Assembly (NCBI GenBank): GCA_942492995.1
Contig: OW818653.1
Location: 270,001-302,000 of the forward strand
Reading direction: 5' to 3'
DNA from: an uncultured Erysipelotrichaceae bacterium
Lineage (GTDB): Bacteria; Bacillota_I; Bacilli_A; Erysipelotrichales; Erysipelotrichaceae
DNA: 32,000 bases
The position numbers were made by a program, and so were the translations under genes. Below are positions 7,823-17,865 of the stretch, in pieces. Numbering within the stretch: position 1 is the stretch's first letter; every line of letters begins with the position of its first letter. Under the pieces are notes generated by a model. It did no database searches. It was not told the DNA's origin and worked only from the letters and a program-made list of their open reading frames with translations.

Positions 7823-8829
7823 TGGCACAGAATAATCTAACCGCAACACAACGTGCATCCGCTTTACTTATAACTCTTGGACCAGACAGAGCAGCGAAAG
7901 TATTTAAACATTTATCTGATAGTGAAATTGAACGTTTATCTCTAGAAATCTCAAAACTAAGAAGAATTGATACGCGTGAGATGGATGAGATTATTGAAGA
8001 TTTTTATGGACTATGTGTTACACAAAAAGTAATAACAGAAGGTGGAATATTCCAGGCAAAAGATATCCTTGAAAAAGCCTTTGGGCCACAATTAGCTTCA
8101 TCATACTTAGATCGGGTTTCACGATCACTTAGAGTAAAGATTTTCGATTTTGTTCGAAAAGTTGATTATAAGAACTTACTAGCAATTCTACAGAACGAAC
8201 ACCCGCAAACAATTGCGGTGGTTTTGTCGTATGCGGCAGCTAATCAATCATCACAGATTTTATCTGAACTTAACAAAGATAAACGTGTAGAAGTAATTGA
8301 ACGTATCGCAAAACTTGAGAATCCACATCCTGAATTATTAAAAGTACTAGAAAAGACATTAGAAAGTAAGTTATCGACAATGGTTACACTTGAATCTCAA
8401 GAAATTGGTGGTGTAAATCATGTGGCAGATATTATGAATCGTGTCGAACGTAATGTTGAGAAACATGTATTTGATGAATTAAATCTTAAGAATCCAGATC
8501 TTGTTCAAAGAATTCGCGAACAAATGTTTGTGTTCGAAGATATTGTCACATTGGATGATGTTGCAGTTCAACAATTCATTCGTGAAGTTGATACTAAAGA
8601 CTTGGCCGTTGCGCTTAAAGTTGCGAATCCAGATGTTAGTGAAGCAGTATTTAGAAATATGTCTACACGTATGCAAGAAACGATTCAATCTGATATGGAG
8701 TACTTGAAGAACTTACGTATGTCGGATGTCGAGAAGGCTCAACAACGCATTGTTAGTGTAATTAGACGATTAGAGGAAGAAGGAACTCTCGTAATTTCAA
8801 AGGGAGGTAAAGATGATGTCATTATCTAG
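7822..8829 (+). CDS. fliG: Flagellar motor switch protein FliG
   Basis: LQNEHPQTIAVVLSY and C-terminal torque-helix region. TAATG overlap with the fliF stop. Confidence 0.94.
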   Translation: MAQNNLTATQRASALLITLGPDRAAKVFKHLSDSEIERLSLEISKLRRIDTREMDEIIEDFYGLCVTQKVITEGGIFQAKDILEKAFGPQLASSYLDRVSRSLRVKIFDFVRKVDYKNLLAILQNEHPQTIAVVLSYAAANQSSQILSELNKDKRVEVIERIAKLENPHPELLKVLEKTLESKLSTMVTLESQEIGGVNHVADIMNRVERNVEKHVFDELNLKNPDLVQRIREQMFVFEDIVTLDDVAVQQFIREVDTKDLAVALKVANPDVSEAVFRNMSTRMQETIQSDMEYLKNLRMSDVEKAQQRIVSVIRRLEEEGTLVISKGGKDDVII

Positions 8830-9532
8830 AATCGTCAAGAAACCATCCAGTGTTGTATTCAATGATGTAGTTCAAATAAAGGATCAAATCATAAACAATA
8901 GAACAATTGTTCAATCGATTGATGAAGATTCCAATCTCGCAAATCAAATCGTTAGAGATGCACAAATAGAAGCACAAAAAATGCTTGATCTAGCTCAAGA
9001 AAAGATATTAAATCTCAAACTTGAATTTGAACAATTCTGTATTGAAATTGAACAAAAAGTTAAACAAGATGCATATAAACAAGGGTATGAAGATGGTCAT
9101 ATCCAATCTCAAAAAGATGTTAAGCATCAATTTAAAACTATGATTCATTCCATCGAAAATCAAGTAAATGAAAAGAATAAATTAGAACTAAAGGTAATTG
9201 AAGAACTTCAAAACCGAACACATTTATTAGCACTTGAAATAGCGAAAAAGATCATGCGTCAGAACATTGAGTTGGATAGTTCAATCTTGAAACCAATCTT
9301 AATGGATGAACTTGAAGTACGTAAACGTCAAAATATTAAGACAATCGAAATCAGTAAAAATGCGAATGCGCTCATACTTGAATTAGAAAATGAATTACTA
9401 CTCCTTGGGATTGATTTACATACGATTGATGGAGATATAAGTCACCTGGTTATTGAAGGTGAAATGGGACGCTATGATTTGTCGATAGAGACTCAATTAA
9501 AAAATATTCGTCGTTTGTTTAATACGATTTAA
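8813..9532 (+). CDS. fliH: Flagellar export apparatus protein FliH
   Basis: 239 aa coiled-coil protein between fliG and fliI, with an AYKQGYEDG motif. The start overlaps the fliG 3' end. Confidence 0.8.
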   Translation: MMSLSRIVKKPSSVVFNDVVQIKDQIINNRTIVQSIDEDSNLANQIVRDAQIEAQKMLDLAQEKILNLKLEFEQFCIEIEQKVKQDAYKQGYEDGHIQSQKDVKHQFKTMIHSIENQVNEKNKLELKVIEELQNRTHLLALEIAKKIMRQNIELDSSILKPILMDELEVRKRQNIKTIEISKNANALILELENELLLLGIDLHTIDGDISHLVIEGEMGRYDLSIETQLKNIRRLFNTI

Positions 9533-9546
9533 CAGAAGAGGAAACA

Positions 9547-10845
9547 ATGGAGAAATATCACCAAATTTTACAAAATGAGAATCTTGGTACATACATCGGT
9601 AAAGTCACAAAAATCGTTGGTTTACGACTCGAATCGTATGGACCGATTAGTAAAATTGGTGATGTATGTGAAATCGAATCGCTGGACAAGACAAATAAAG
9701 TATTGGCAGAAGTTGTAGGAGTTGAAGAGATGAATGTCTTCTTACTTCCATATACGGATACAGATGGGATTGGTTTTGGAAGTTTAGTCACAAACCTCAA
9801 TCATATACTTGAAATACCGGTTGGACCAAATCTAATCGGACGGATTGTCGATTCCTTAGCTCAACCAATTGATGGATTAGGAATGATTGAAACAAGTGAT
9901 GTTTACTCAGTTAAAGGCTCGCGAATCAATCCATTCGAAAGACCACGAATCAAAGATGTATTAACCTTAGGCGTTAAGCCAATGGATGGCTTATTAACGT
10001 TAGGAAAAGGTCAACGTTTAGGTATATTCGCAGGAAGTGGTGTTGGTAAATCAACACTCATGGGTATGATTGCACGAAATGTTAAAGCAGATATTAATGT
10101 TATCGCACTCGTTGGTGAACGCGGACGTGAAGTAAATGAATTTATTGAAAAGGATTTAGGGGTTGATGGATTAAAACGTTCAGTACTTGTGATTGCGACA
10201 TCCGATCAATCTGCCATGATGCGAAGTAAATGTGCATTAACGGCCACAAGCATTGCGGAATATTTCAGAGATCAAGGCAACGATGTGTTACTCATGATGG
10301 ATTCATTAACGCGATTTGCGATGGCTGAAAGAGAAATTGGATTAAGTATCGGTGAATCACCCATTGCGCGAGGTTATACACCTTCCATCTATACCGCATT
10401 ACCTAAGTTATTAGAGCGTGCAGGCAATACTAGTAAAGGTTCGATTACAGGACTCTATACAGTTTTGGTTGAAGGCGATGACTCCAATGAACCAATCAGT
10501 GATACCGTTCGTGGAATAATTGATGGACATGTCATGTTGTCACGCAAAATTGGTATGAAAAACCATTATCCAGCCATAGATATTCTTGCCAGTATTTCAC
10601 GCTTGATGAACGATATTGTCTCAGATAAACAAAAGCTATTCGCTCAGAAAATTCGTCATTTGATGGCTGTTTATCAAGAAAATGAAGATTTAATCGCCAT
10701 TGGAGCATATAAATCTGGCACAAACCCAAAGCTTGATGAAGCGATAAAGAAGATAGATGCGATAAATCAATTCTTAATTCAAGATGTGAATCAAGCATAT
10801 GATTTAAATCAAACGATTGAATGGATGGAGCGAATTATTAAGTAA
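9547..10845 (+). CDS. fliI: Flagellum-specific ATPase FliI
   Basis: Walker A GSGVGKST, Walker B VLLMMDSLTR, F1/T3SS ATPase family. Confidence 0.95.
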   Translation: MEKYHQILQNENLGTYIGKVTKIVGLRLESYGPISKIGDVCEIESLDKTNKVLAEVVGVEEMNVFLLPYTDTDGIGFGSLVTNLNHILEIPVGPNLIGRIVDSLAQPIDGLGMIETSDVYSVKGSRINPFERPRIKDVLTLGVKPMDGLLTLGKGQRLGIFAGSGVGKSTLMGMIARNVKADINVIALVGERGREVNEFIEKDLGVDGLKRSVLVIATSDQSAMMRSKCALTATSIAEYFRDQGNDVLLMMDSLTRFAMAEREIGLSIGESPIARGYTPSIYTALPKLLERAGNTSKGSITGLYTVLVEGDDSNEPISDTVRGIIDGHVMLSRKIGMKNHYPAIDILASISRLMNDIVSDKQKLFAQKIRHLMAVYQENEDLIAIGAYKSGTNPKLDEAIKKIDAINQFLIQDVNQAYDLNQTIEWMERIIK

Positions 10846-11291
10846 TGAAGAAATATAAATTTCCATTCGAAAAAATACTAAAAATTAAAACAATTGAATT
10901 AGATCGACTTGTTGTTCAACTCAATGAGATTCGATATGAAATAAATCTAACAGAAGAAAAAAAACAAGCATTAATTAATTATCAAGTTCAATTAAATGAA
11001 GAATATCTAACAAAAATTACACGAAATCTTACTAGTTTCGAACTAAGACAAACGCACTACCAAAAAGAAAGTTTAAAATTTCAAATTGAACAAATTAATT
11101 TAAAATTAATCGAACTAAAACGAAATGAGAATGTGGCGCTTGATCGTGTGATTGAAAAAAAGAAGGAACAAAACACCCTTAATAAGTTAGATGAGAAACA
11201 GTTTAAAGAATATACCGATTTAGTGCACAAGAAAGAAAGTGCATTAATGGATGAGATGTTGTTGCTGAAGATAAACCAAGAAAATGGATGA
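10845..11291 (+). CDS. fliJ: Flagellar export chaperone/stalk protein FliJ
   Basis: 148-aa coiled-coil protein immediately after fliI (TAATG overlap). Confidence 0.8.
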   Translation: MKKYKFPFEKILKIKTIELDRLVVQLNEIRYEINLTEEKKQALINYQVQLNEEYLTKITRNLTSFELRQTHYQKESLKFQIEQINLKLIELKRNENVALDRVIEKKKEQNTLNKLDEKQFKEYTDLVHKKESALMDEMLLLKINQENG

Positions 11292-11332
11292 TCATTAACT
11301 ACGGTTAATTGACATATAAGAAAGGAGGAAAA

Positions 11333-12388
11333 ATGGAGAACATAAATCAGATATGTAGAAAGATTATACAAGGACCCCAGAATAGTCAAACAAATGTGAC
11401 GACGAATGTAGTGAGCGGATTTCTTGAGATATTAGCTTCAATGAGTCAATCAACTGAAGTGATAAGTGATTTACCAATAGGAACAAGCATCATCCCCGAT
11501 GAGTTGATCGAAGTACCTGAACAAGCTGAAACAGAGTTAGAGATTAGCCCTGAATTATTACAAATGTTAATGAATCAAATGGCTGTTCAAATGAATCAAA
11601 GTCAAATCGTTGAAGTAGTTGAAACTGATGAAACTAGCGTTATACCAATAACAAATGATAGTCAAACAACAGGTCCAATAAATTGTCAGATATCAGTTCC
11701 AGTAGAAACTTCACCGATTAAACTAGTTGAAACAAGTAATTTAAACAAAAGTATATTTGAAGTTGAATCCAATGTGAATGTACCAACTGAAGTTGTTGAA
11801 GTGATAAAAGAAACAAATTCGGATGAGATACAGAAACATTATAAAGTAATGAATCATTCACCAAAGTTCAAAGAAACATATAAATCGACTGAACAAAATT
11901 CATTGAACACAAACTTTATTAAACCAACCAATGTTCAAGAAAAAAAAGAAGTCGTACTCAATGATGTTGAGTTAAATCAATTCAGACAGTCGATTGAAGA
12001 AATGAGAATGAATTTAGTAAACTCATCAAACAAAGAAGATGAAACAATCGTATTCAAACTTAAACCTGAAGGATTGGCAGAAATTGTAGTGAAGTTTGAA
12101 CATAAATTTGGAAAAGTTACACTCGACATATCGACATCAAACAAGATTGTGGAACAGTTAATTCAAAAAGAACTACCACAACTAAAAGACGCATTGAAAT
12201 CGTATCAAATGGAAGTCAATCTCAACGAAATGGGATATCACGATCAAGCGAATCAATCTCAACAGTACAAATCACATAAACAAATGTTATATCAAATGGA
12301 TGATGCATTTGAACAAATAAGTGATGAAGAACTAATTCATGAATGGATCGATTGGTCAAAACCAAATGGGTTGAATACCTATGTTTAA
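11333..12388 (+). CDS. fliK: Flagellar hook-length control protein FliK
   Basis: C-terminal Flg_hook-type domain (FKLKPEGLAEIVVKFEHKFGKVTLDISTSN...LKDALKS) and a polar, disordered N-terminal half. The ATG at 11333 follows AAAGGAGG; the ORF-track start at 11309 is TTG. Confidence 0.8.
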   Translation: MENINQICRKIIQGPQNSQTNVTTNVVSGFLEILASMSQSTEVISDLPIGTSIIPDELIEVPEQAETELEISPELLQMLMNQMAVQMNQSQIVEVVETDETSVIPITNDSQTTGPINCQISVPVETSPIKLVETSNLNKSIFEVESNVNVPTEVVEVIKETNSDEIQKHYKVMNHSPKFKETYKSTEQNSLNTNFIKPTNVQEKKEVVLNDVELNQFRQSIEEMRMNLVNSSNKEDETIVFKLKPEGLAEIVVKFEHKFGKVTLDISTSNKIVEQLIQKELPQLKDALKSYQMEVNLNEMGYHDQANQSQQYKSHKQMLYQMDDAFEQISDEELIHEWIDWSKPNGLNTYV

Positions 12389-12409
12389 TCAAGTAAGAAA
12401 GGAGAAGAT

Positions 12410-12823
12410 ATGACGATAAATAATACAACAGGTGTTAATGCGAGTACATCTAATTCATGGTTTGAAGAAAACAAAGATCAGGTTTCTGTAGAAAGTTTTC
12501 TAGAACTCATGGTTGCGCAACTTCAAAACCAAGATTTTACAAATCCAGTCGATGATACACAATATGTTGCTCAATTAGCGCAATTTGCGACTATGCAAGC
12601 CATGCAAGAACTTAATTACTTCTCGAAATCAAATTATGTTATGTCGATGGTAGGTAAAGAAGTCACTGCTTCAAGAATCACAATTGGTGGAAACATGGAA
12701 ACAGTTACAGGAGTAGTCACAAAAATTAGTTTAGTTGATAACGAATTTGGCGTATTCATTGGGGATGAAATGTTTAGCTTAAGTCAAATTATGGAGATTA
12801 AACAAGTAACTTCAAATGACTAA
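12410..12823 (+). CDS. flgD: Flagellar hook capping/assembly protein FlgD
   Basis: FLELMVAQLQNQDFTNPVDDTQYVAQLAQFATMQ is the FlgD N-terminal signature. Confidence 0.9.
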   Translation: MTINNTTGVNASTSNSWFEENKDQVSVESFLELMVAQLQNQDFTNPVDDTQYVAQLAQFATMQAMQELNYFSKSNYVMSMVGKEVTASRITIGGNMETVTGVVTKISLVDNEFGVFIGDEMFSLSQIMEIKQVTSND

Positions 12824-12835
12824 GAAAGGAAACAT

Positions 12836-13222
12836 ATGAGTGATCCGATATATGATTTAAAAGTTCGATCGCTGACACAAATTAAACCACATTCAACAGA
12901 TAAAAAAGAAGTTGAAGTAAATGGGGATAGTTTCAGTTCTATTATCGAACAGAAGATTAGAGAAAATAGTCAAATAGAATTCTCGAAACATGCGATTAAA
13001 CGTGTTATCGAAAGAGATATTGAACTTAGTACAAATCAGTTGGAACGGTTGAATTATGGAGTACAACTAGCGACTCAAAAAGGGTTAAATGAACCGCTTA
13101 TATTGGTTGATCGAACCGCATTTGTCGTAAATGTATTGAATAACAAAGTAATCACTACGGTAAATGAAGATGCCCTAACAGGGAATGTATTTACCAATAT
13201 AGATGGCGCCGTCATCGTTTAG
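12836..13222 (+). CDS. Flagellar operon protein of the flg_new (TIGR02530-like) family
   Basis: 128 aa between flgD and flgE as in Clostridia. FSKHAIKRVIERDIEL motif. Confidence 0.7.
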   Translation: MSDPIYDLKVRSLTQIKPHSTDKKEVEVNGDSFSSIIEQKIRENSQIEFSKHAIKRVIERDIELSTNQLERLNYGVQLATQKGLNEPLILVDRTAFVVNVLNNKVITTVNEDALTGNVFTNIDGAVIV

Positions 13223-13301
13223 CTGGACATTTAAATGAGGCTAAATATTAAATTTTGAACGACAGAGAAATTTAAACGCAATAACGAAAGGTAAAATTTA
13301 A

Positions 13302-14915
13302 ATGTTAAGATCGATGTATTCTGGGGTTTCAGGCTTGAAAGCCCACCAAACAAAAATGGATGTTATAGGGAATAATATTGCGAATGTAAACACATATGGA
13401 TTTAAGAGTAGTCGTACTACATTCTCAGAAGTATATTATCAGACAGTTCGTTCCGCATCAGGTGCTACTAACAACCAAGGTGGTATGAATGCAAGTCAAA
13501 TTGGTTATGGTGTGAATGTTGCGACTATTGATGTTCAACACACACGTTCTGGCTTCCAAATGACTGACAACGGTATGGATGTCGCTATCGCAGGTGAAGG
13601 ATTCTTCCAAGTTCAAGATGGTGATGGTAATGTGTTTTACACACGTGCTGGAATGATCAGAATTGACGCAAGTGGTAACTTAGTTGATCAGAATGGTAAC
13701 TTCGTTCTAGGTGTAAGTGGTGATCCTCTTGGTAAAGAACCTAGCACAAATAAAATCCAAATCCAAGTGCCTTCAACTGAACCTGTACAATCTTCTATTA
13801 CAGAAATTATAAATGGTTTATCTTTCTCACTAAATGCATCAAACGCATCAAAGGATGGAAATATTTCATTTAACTTTAGTAGTACTGATGATATGCCATT
13901 AGGACAAAAAGTTTCTGCGACCATCACATCAAATGGAATAAACATTAGTCTAAATGAAAATGAAACATTTAGTGATTTAAATGAATTAAATAACAGTATT
14001 AATCTTGCAATTCAAGAAGCTAATGGTGGTAAAGACCATCCAGCTGGTAGTTTCAATTTCGAACTATCAAATGGAAGTGTTGATTGGCCATTAACGGGTA
14101 AAGATATTACGAGTTCTGATTTTAATCCAGTTCTAGGTTCAATCACATTACCTCCTGAAATGGCAAATATGGGCTTTAAGTTGAGCACTGTATCACCGAA
14201 ATTCTCAGGTTCTGGGGATTTAGAAATGAACATTAAACATAATACAACACCGAATTCATTTACTGTTTCTGTTGAAATTAACGGAAAAATGTATACCGGT
14301 AATATTCCTGAATCCGCAAGTACAAGTGGAAGAATCAGATTAATTTCTGGAGATGAATCAATCGAATTAGAACATCCTGGATTTAACGCACTTGAAAATA
14401 AAAAGAATACAGATTCAATCGCAGATAATGCAAATCTCTTTCCAAGTAACATTGTTGTTACGAATGGCGCAATCGCATCAACACCAAGTAAATCATTAGG
14501 ATTTGGATCTAAATCATTTACGTTAAATGGTGGGACTGCTGGTGGTGCGCAAAGTGTATCAGATTTGAGTAATGTTGGGATTGGGGCAGATGGCGTTATT
14601 AGCGCTATCCATTCACAATTAGGACTTATTAATATTGGTCGAATGGATTTAGCGACATTCGAAAATCCACAAGGTTTAATTCAAGAAGGTAACACTTACT
14701 TCTCAGTTTCCGCAAACTCAGGTGATGCGAAAATAACGAATGCTGGATTAAATGGTTCAGGTGGTTTACAAGCTGGAGCACTTGAAATGTCCAATGTTGA
14801 CTTATCCAAAGAATTTGCGGACATGATTACAACTCAACGTGGTTTCCAAGCAAGTTCAAGATTAATCACTGTCTCTGACGAGATTCTAAATGAACTCGTG
14901 AATCTGAAACGATAA
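13302..14915 (+). CDS. flgE: Flagellar hook protein FlgE (long form with a large central insertion)
   Basis: N-terminal MLRSMYSGVSGLKAHQTKMDVIGNNIANVNTYGFK and C-terminal LEMSNVDLSKEFADMITTQRGFQASSR. About 280 aa of Asn/Ser-rich sequence lies between them. Confidence 0.93.
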   Translation: MLRSMYSGVSGLKAHQTKMDVIGNNIANVNTYGFKSSRTTFSEVYYQTVRSASGATNNQGGMNASQIGYGVNVATIDVQHTRSGFQMTDNGMDVAIAGEGFFQVQDGDGNVFYTRAGMIRIDASGNLVDQNGNFVLGVSGDPLGKEPSTNKIQIQVPSTEPVQSSITEIINGLSFSLNASNASKDGNISFNFSSTDDMPLGQKVSATITSNGINISLNENETFSDLNELNNSINLAIQEANGGKDHPAGSFNFELSNGSVDWPLTGKDITSSDFNPVLGSITLPPEMANMGFKLSTVSPKFSGSGDLEMNIKHNTTPNSFTVSVEINGKMYTGNIPESASTSGRIRLISGDESIELEHPGFNALENKKNTDSIADNANLFPSNIVVTNGAIASTPSKSLGFGSKSFTLNGGTAGGAQSVSDLSNVGIGADGVISAIHSQLGLINIGRMDLATFENPQGLIQEGNTYFSVSANSGDAKITNAGLNGSGGLQAGALEMSNVDLSKEFADMITTQRGFQASSRLITVSDEILNELVNLKR

Positions 14916-14917
14916 TT

Positions 14918-15130
14918 ATGATTGAACTAACACGTTTAAATGGAGTACGTTTTGTGCTCAATGAAGATTTAATTGAAACTGTCCAAGAGAACCCTGATAC
15001 AACCATTGTATTAACAAATGGGAATCTGTACATCGTTCAAGAGTCGATGGATAACGTTATAGAATTATGTAAATTATATAAGAAAGATTTATATCACAAC
15101 TTATTCGATACTGAAATAAAGGAGGGTTAA
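14918..15130 (+). CDS. flbD: Flagellar protein FlbD
   Basis: 70 aa, MIELTRLNG..F.LN.DLIE...PDT.I.L.NG, located upstream of motA. Confidence 0.88.
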   Translation: MIELTRLNGVRFVLNEDLIETVQENPDTTIVLTNGNLYIVQESMDNVIELCKLYKKDLYHNLFDTEIKEG

Positions 15131-15131
15131 T

Positions 15132-15968
15132 ATGGATATTATTGGTATTTTAGGATTCGTATTTGCTCTACTACTTATGGTATTTGGGATTGTATTCAAT
15201 GGGACAGGTTTTGTGTTTTCAAACTTGATCAACTTTATTGACTATCCCAGTGTTGCGATAACGATTGGTGGGACATTTGCGGTATTGATGATTTCTTACT
15301 CATTAGAAAGTTTCATCAAGATTCCTAAACATTTAAAAATAGTATTTATGCCTGATAAATTTGATCCGATGTCATACATCACGACAATCACAGGATTTGC
15401 GAAAGAAGCTCGTATAAAAGGGTTACTCTCTATTGAAAGTAAACTTGCGGACGTAAAGGATGAGTTCTTAAAGAAAAGCTTAATGTTAGTTGTAGACTCA
15501 ATTGATGCGGAAAAAGTTAATCAAATTCTAGAAACTGAGTTAGATTATCTTGAAGGAAGACATATCTCAGATATGGAATTCTATTCTAAAGGTGCTGCGT
15601 ATGCGCCAGCATTCGGGATGATCGGAACACTGATTGGACTTGTAAACATGTTAAAACAGATGTCTGATCCAAATAGTATTGGACCAGCGATGGCAGTCGC
15701 ATTACTTACAACGTTGTATGGTTCTATGTTAGCGAATATCTTCTTCTTACCGATTGCGAACAAATTAAAGATTCGTCATGAAGAAGAGATGGTATGTAAG
15801 TTGATTGTGTCTGAAGGTGTTAAAGCAATTCAGTCTGGTGAGAATCCACGATTTATAGAAGAGAAATTATTACTTCTTGTGGAGTCTAAGAAACGTAACC
15901 AAAATCCAAGTGATGCGAAAGCTGACAAGAAAGCTAAGAATTTGCAGACAAAGAAAGCTAATGCTTAA
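15132..15968 (+). CDS. motA: Flagellar stator protein MotA
   Basis: Four TM segments, PAFGMIGTLIGL and LTTLYGSMLANIFFLPIANKL motifs. Confidence 0.93.
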   Translation: MDIIGILGFVFALLLMVFGIVFNGTGFVFSNLINFIDYPSVAITIGGTFAVLMISYSLESFIKIPKHLKIVFMPDKFDPMSYITTITGFAKEARIKGLLSIESKLADVKDEFLKKSLMLVVDSIDAEKVNQILETELDYLEGRHISDMEFYSKGAAYAPAFGMIGTLIGLVNMLKQMSDPNSIGPAMAVALLTTLYGSMLANIFFLPIANKLKIRHEEEMVCKLIVSEGVKAIQSGENPRFIEEKLLLLVESKKRNQNPSDAKADKKAKNLQTKKANA

Positions 15969-15976
15969 GATTATTT

Positions 15977-16750
15977 ATGGGTAAACAAAGAAGAAAACCG
16001 GCTGAAGGTGGAAGTAACGAATGGTTGAACACCTATGCAGATATGGTCACATTATTACTATGTTTCTTCATCCTGTTATTCACAATGTCTTCAATTGATG
16101 CGGAGAAATGGAAAACACTTATTCGTGCTTTCCAGGACCCATCTGAATTAGAAGAAATTGTTGATCAAAATGAAAATCCATCTGTAGAGAGCAGTGGGGA
16201 AGAAGTTGACATCGAGGATTTAAGCTTTCTTAAGGATCATATTGAACAATTAATCGATCAAAGTGTATTCTCAGCTGATGTCCAACTCTTAGGTAATGAG
16301 TCGATTGTATTTCTTCGTCTAAGCAACAATCTTCTGTTCTCAGGAGATAGCGCAGTACTTAGACAAAATACAATTGAATTTCTCGATTTAGTTGGAGATG
16401 CGCTAAAAGAATATGAAGAAGATATTATGTTTGTTCGTATTAATGGGCATACCGCAACCGTTGATGAACCAAGAAATGTTTCAGATCGAATTCTATCGAC
16501 AGAAAGAGCGAATGCCGTGCTTATGTATTTAGAAGATGTTAAAGGAATTGCGCCAAATAAACTTATCGCGATGGGGTATGGAAAGAACTATCCGATTGAT
16601 ACAAATGATACAGAAGAAGGTCGTTCTAAGAATCGAAGAGTAGAAATTCTAGTCATGGGTAAAAGTTTAGATGAAAATGCGAATTCAGAAGTATACCAAA
16701 TCTTAAGTGGAGAATTTGACGTAGATTTATACAATCAGTTTAATGATTAA
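15977..16750 (+). CDS. motB: Flagellar stator protein MotB (OmpA-like C-terminal domain)
   Basis: WLNTYADMVTLLLCFFILLF plug/TM with the conserved Asp. C-terminal peptidoglycan-binding motif NRRVEI. Confidence 0.92.
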   Translation: MGKQRRKPAEGGSNEWLNTYADMVTLLLCFFILLFTMSSIDAEKWKTLIRAFQDPSELEEIVDQNENPSVESSGEEVDIEDLSFLKDHIEQLIDQSVFSADVQLLGNESIVFLRLSNNLLFSGDSAVLRQNTIEFLDLVGDALKEYEEDIMFVRINGHTATVDEPRNVSDRILSTERANAVLMYLEDVKGIAPNKLIAMGYGKNYPIDTNDTEEGRSKNRRVEILVMGKSLDENANSEVYQILSGEFDVDLYNQFND

Positions 16751-16760
16751 AGGACGGGCT

Positions 16761-17522
16761 ATGGACATAATAAATAATATCTCAAATATGATTTCCTTAA
16801 GTATTGCGAAATCTCAATCAATTCAACATTGGGCAAATCGTATTATGGAAGTCATGTATTTAAAACATAAATCAATGATAATCATCGATAAAATCGAGAT
16901 TTTTGATTCGAAAGATTCAAATGAGGCAGATAAAGTTTATTATGCCATAGCTCAAATAGATTTAAACCAAAACCTTATGTTAGGTCTAAATAAGGATTTC
17001 GTACAACACTTTATACTTGATGATATAGAAAAGAATTGGGATGAATTTGATTACTCAATTGCGAATTCACACTTGAATGAACTGATTTCACATCTACAAA
17101 TGCGACCACATTATCAATTTAAACAAGTAGATGATATTGTAACAATCAATCAAGAAAAGTTAGTCATCTTAAAATTCAGTTATAACGTTAATCAAAAACC
17201 AATGTTTATTAGTTTAACCATGACACTAGATTTATTGGAATCCTATCTACATCGATATCCAGATCCACGTTCTAAGAATCTCGATGTGATGATGGATGTA
17301 CCTATCACTGTTCGTGTTGAGTTAGGTAGTATACAACGTAAAGTTAAGGAGATTATGGAATTTAGCCAAGGTACTCTATTAGAACTTGATCAAACCATAA
17401 ATTCCTCATGCAAAATAATTGTAAATAACCACACGATTGCACATGGAGATGTTGTGGAAGTAAATGGTAATTTCGGTGTTATGATGACAAAAATTGACGA
17501 TAAAGTCGATTTTATGAAGTGA
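16761..17522 (+). CDS. FliN/SpoA-domain switch-complex protein with an unassigned N-terminal domain
   Basis: The C-terminal ~75 aa (VPITVRVELGSIQRKVKEIMEFSQGTLLELDQ...HGDVVEVNGNFGVMMTKI) is a clear FliN/SpoA domain. I cannot assign the ~175 N-terminal residues to a family. The ATG at 16761 follows AAAGGA. Confidence 0.7.
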   Translation: MDIINNISNMISLSIAKSQSIQHWANRIMEVMYLKHKSMIIIDKIEIFDSKDSNEADKVYYAIAQIDLNQNLMLGLNKDFVQHFILDDIEKNWDEFDYSIANSHLNELISHLQMRPHYQFKQVDDIVTINQEKLVILKFSYNVNQKPMFISLTMTLDLLESYLHRYPDPRSKNLDVMMDVPITVRVELGSIQRKVKEIMEFSQGTLLELDQTINSSCKIIVNNHTIAHGDVVEVNGNFGVMMTKIDDKVDFMK

Positions 17523-17526
17523 TACT

Positions 17527-17865
17527 ATGATCGAAACGATAATTTCATTTATTTCGCTAATTCTAATCTTAGTCTTAGCGTATTTCAGTACGCGCTATTT
17601 CGCGAAAAGTGTTAAAGGAATGCAGAGAACACAGTCGATGCATATTGTAGAATCCATGATGTTAGAGAGAGATAAACGTATTCTAATCGTAAAGATTCAG
17701 AATCGTTATTTAGCACTTGTAACGCATCAGAATGGGGTTGAGAATCTGGGTGAATGTGCAGGATATGTTGAAAATACATCCGCAGAATTACCAGTCAATC
17801 CATTTGAATCAATTATGAATCAATGGCTACAACGCAAAGGAGATAAACATGACTCGCAAGAATAA
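17527..17865 (+). CDS. fliO: Flagellar biosynthesis protein FliO/FliZ
   Basis: 112 aa, a single N-terminal TM, located immediately upstream of fliP. Confidence 0.75.
   Translation: MIETIISFISLILILVLAYFSTRYFAKSVKGMQRTQSMHIVESMMLERDKRILIVKIQNRYLALVTHQNGVENLGECAGYVENTSAELPVNPFESIMNQWLQRKGDKHDSQE

Noticed and set aside
13223-13301. The largest intra-operon gap (79 bp before flgE), with three ATTTAAA(T) repeats, considered as an internal promoter or processing site.
   Set aside because: No -35/-10 or sigma-28 match and no stable hairpin. The repeats are short AT palindromes expected by chance.
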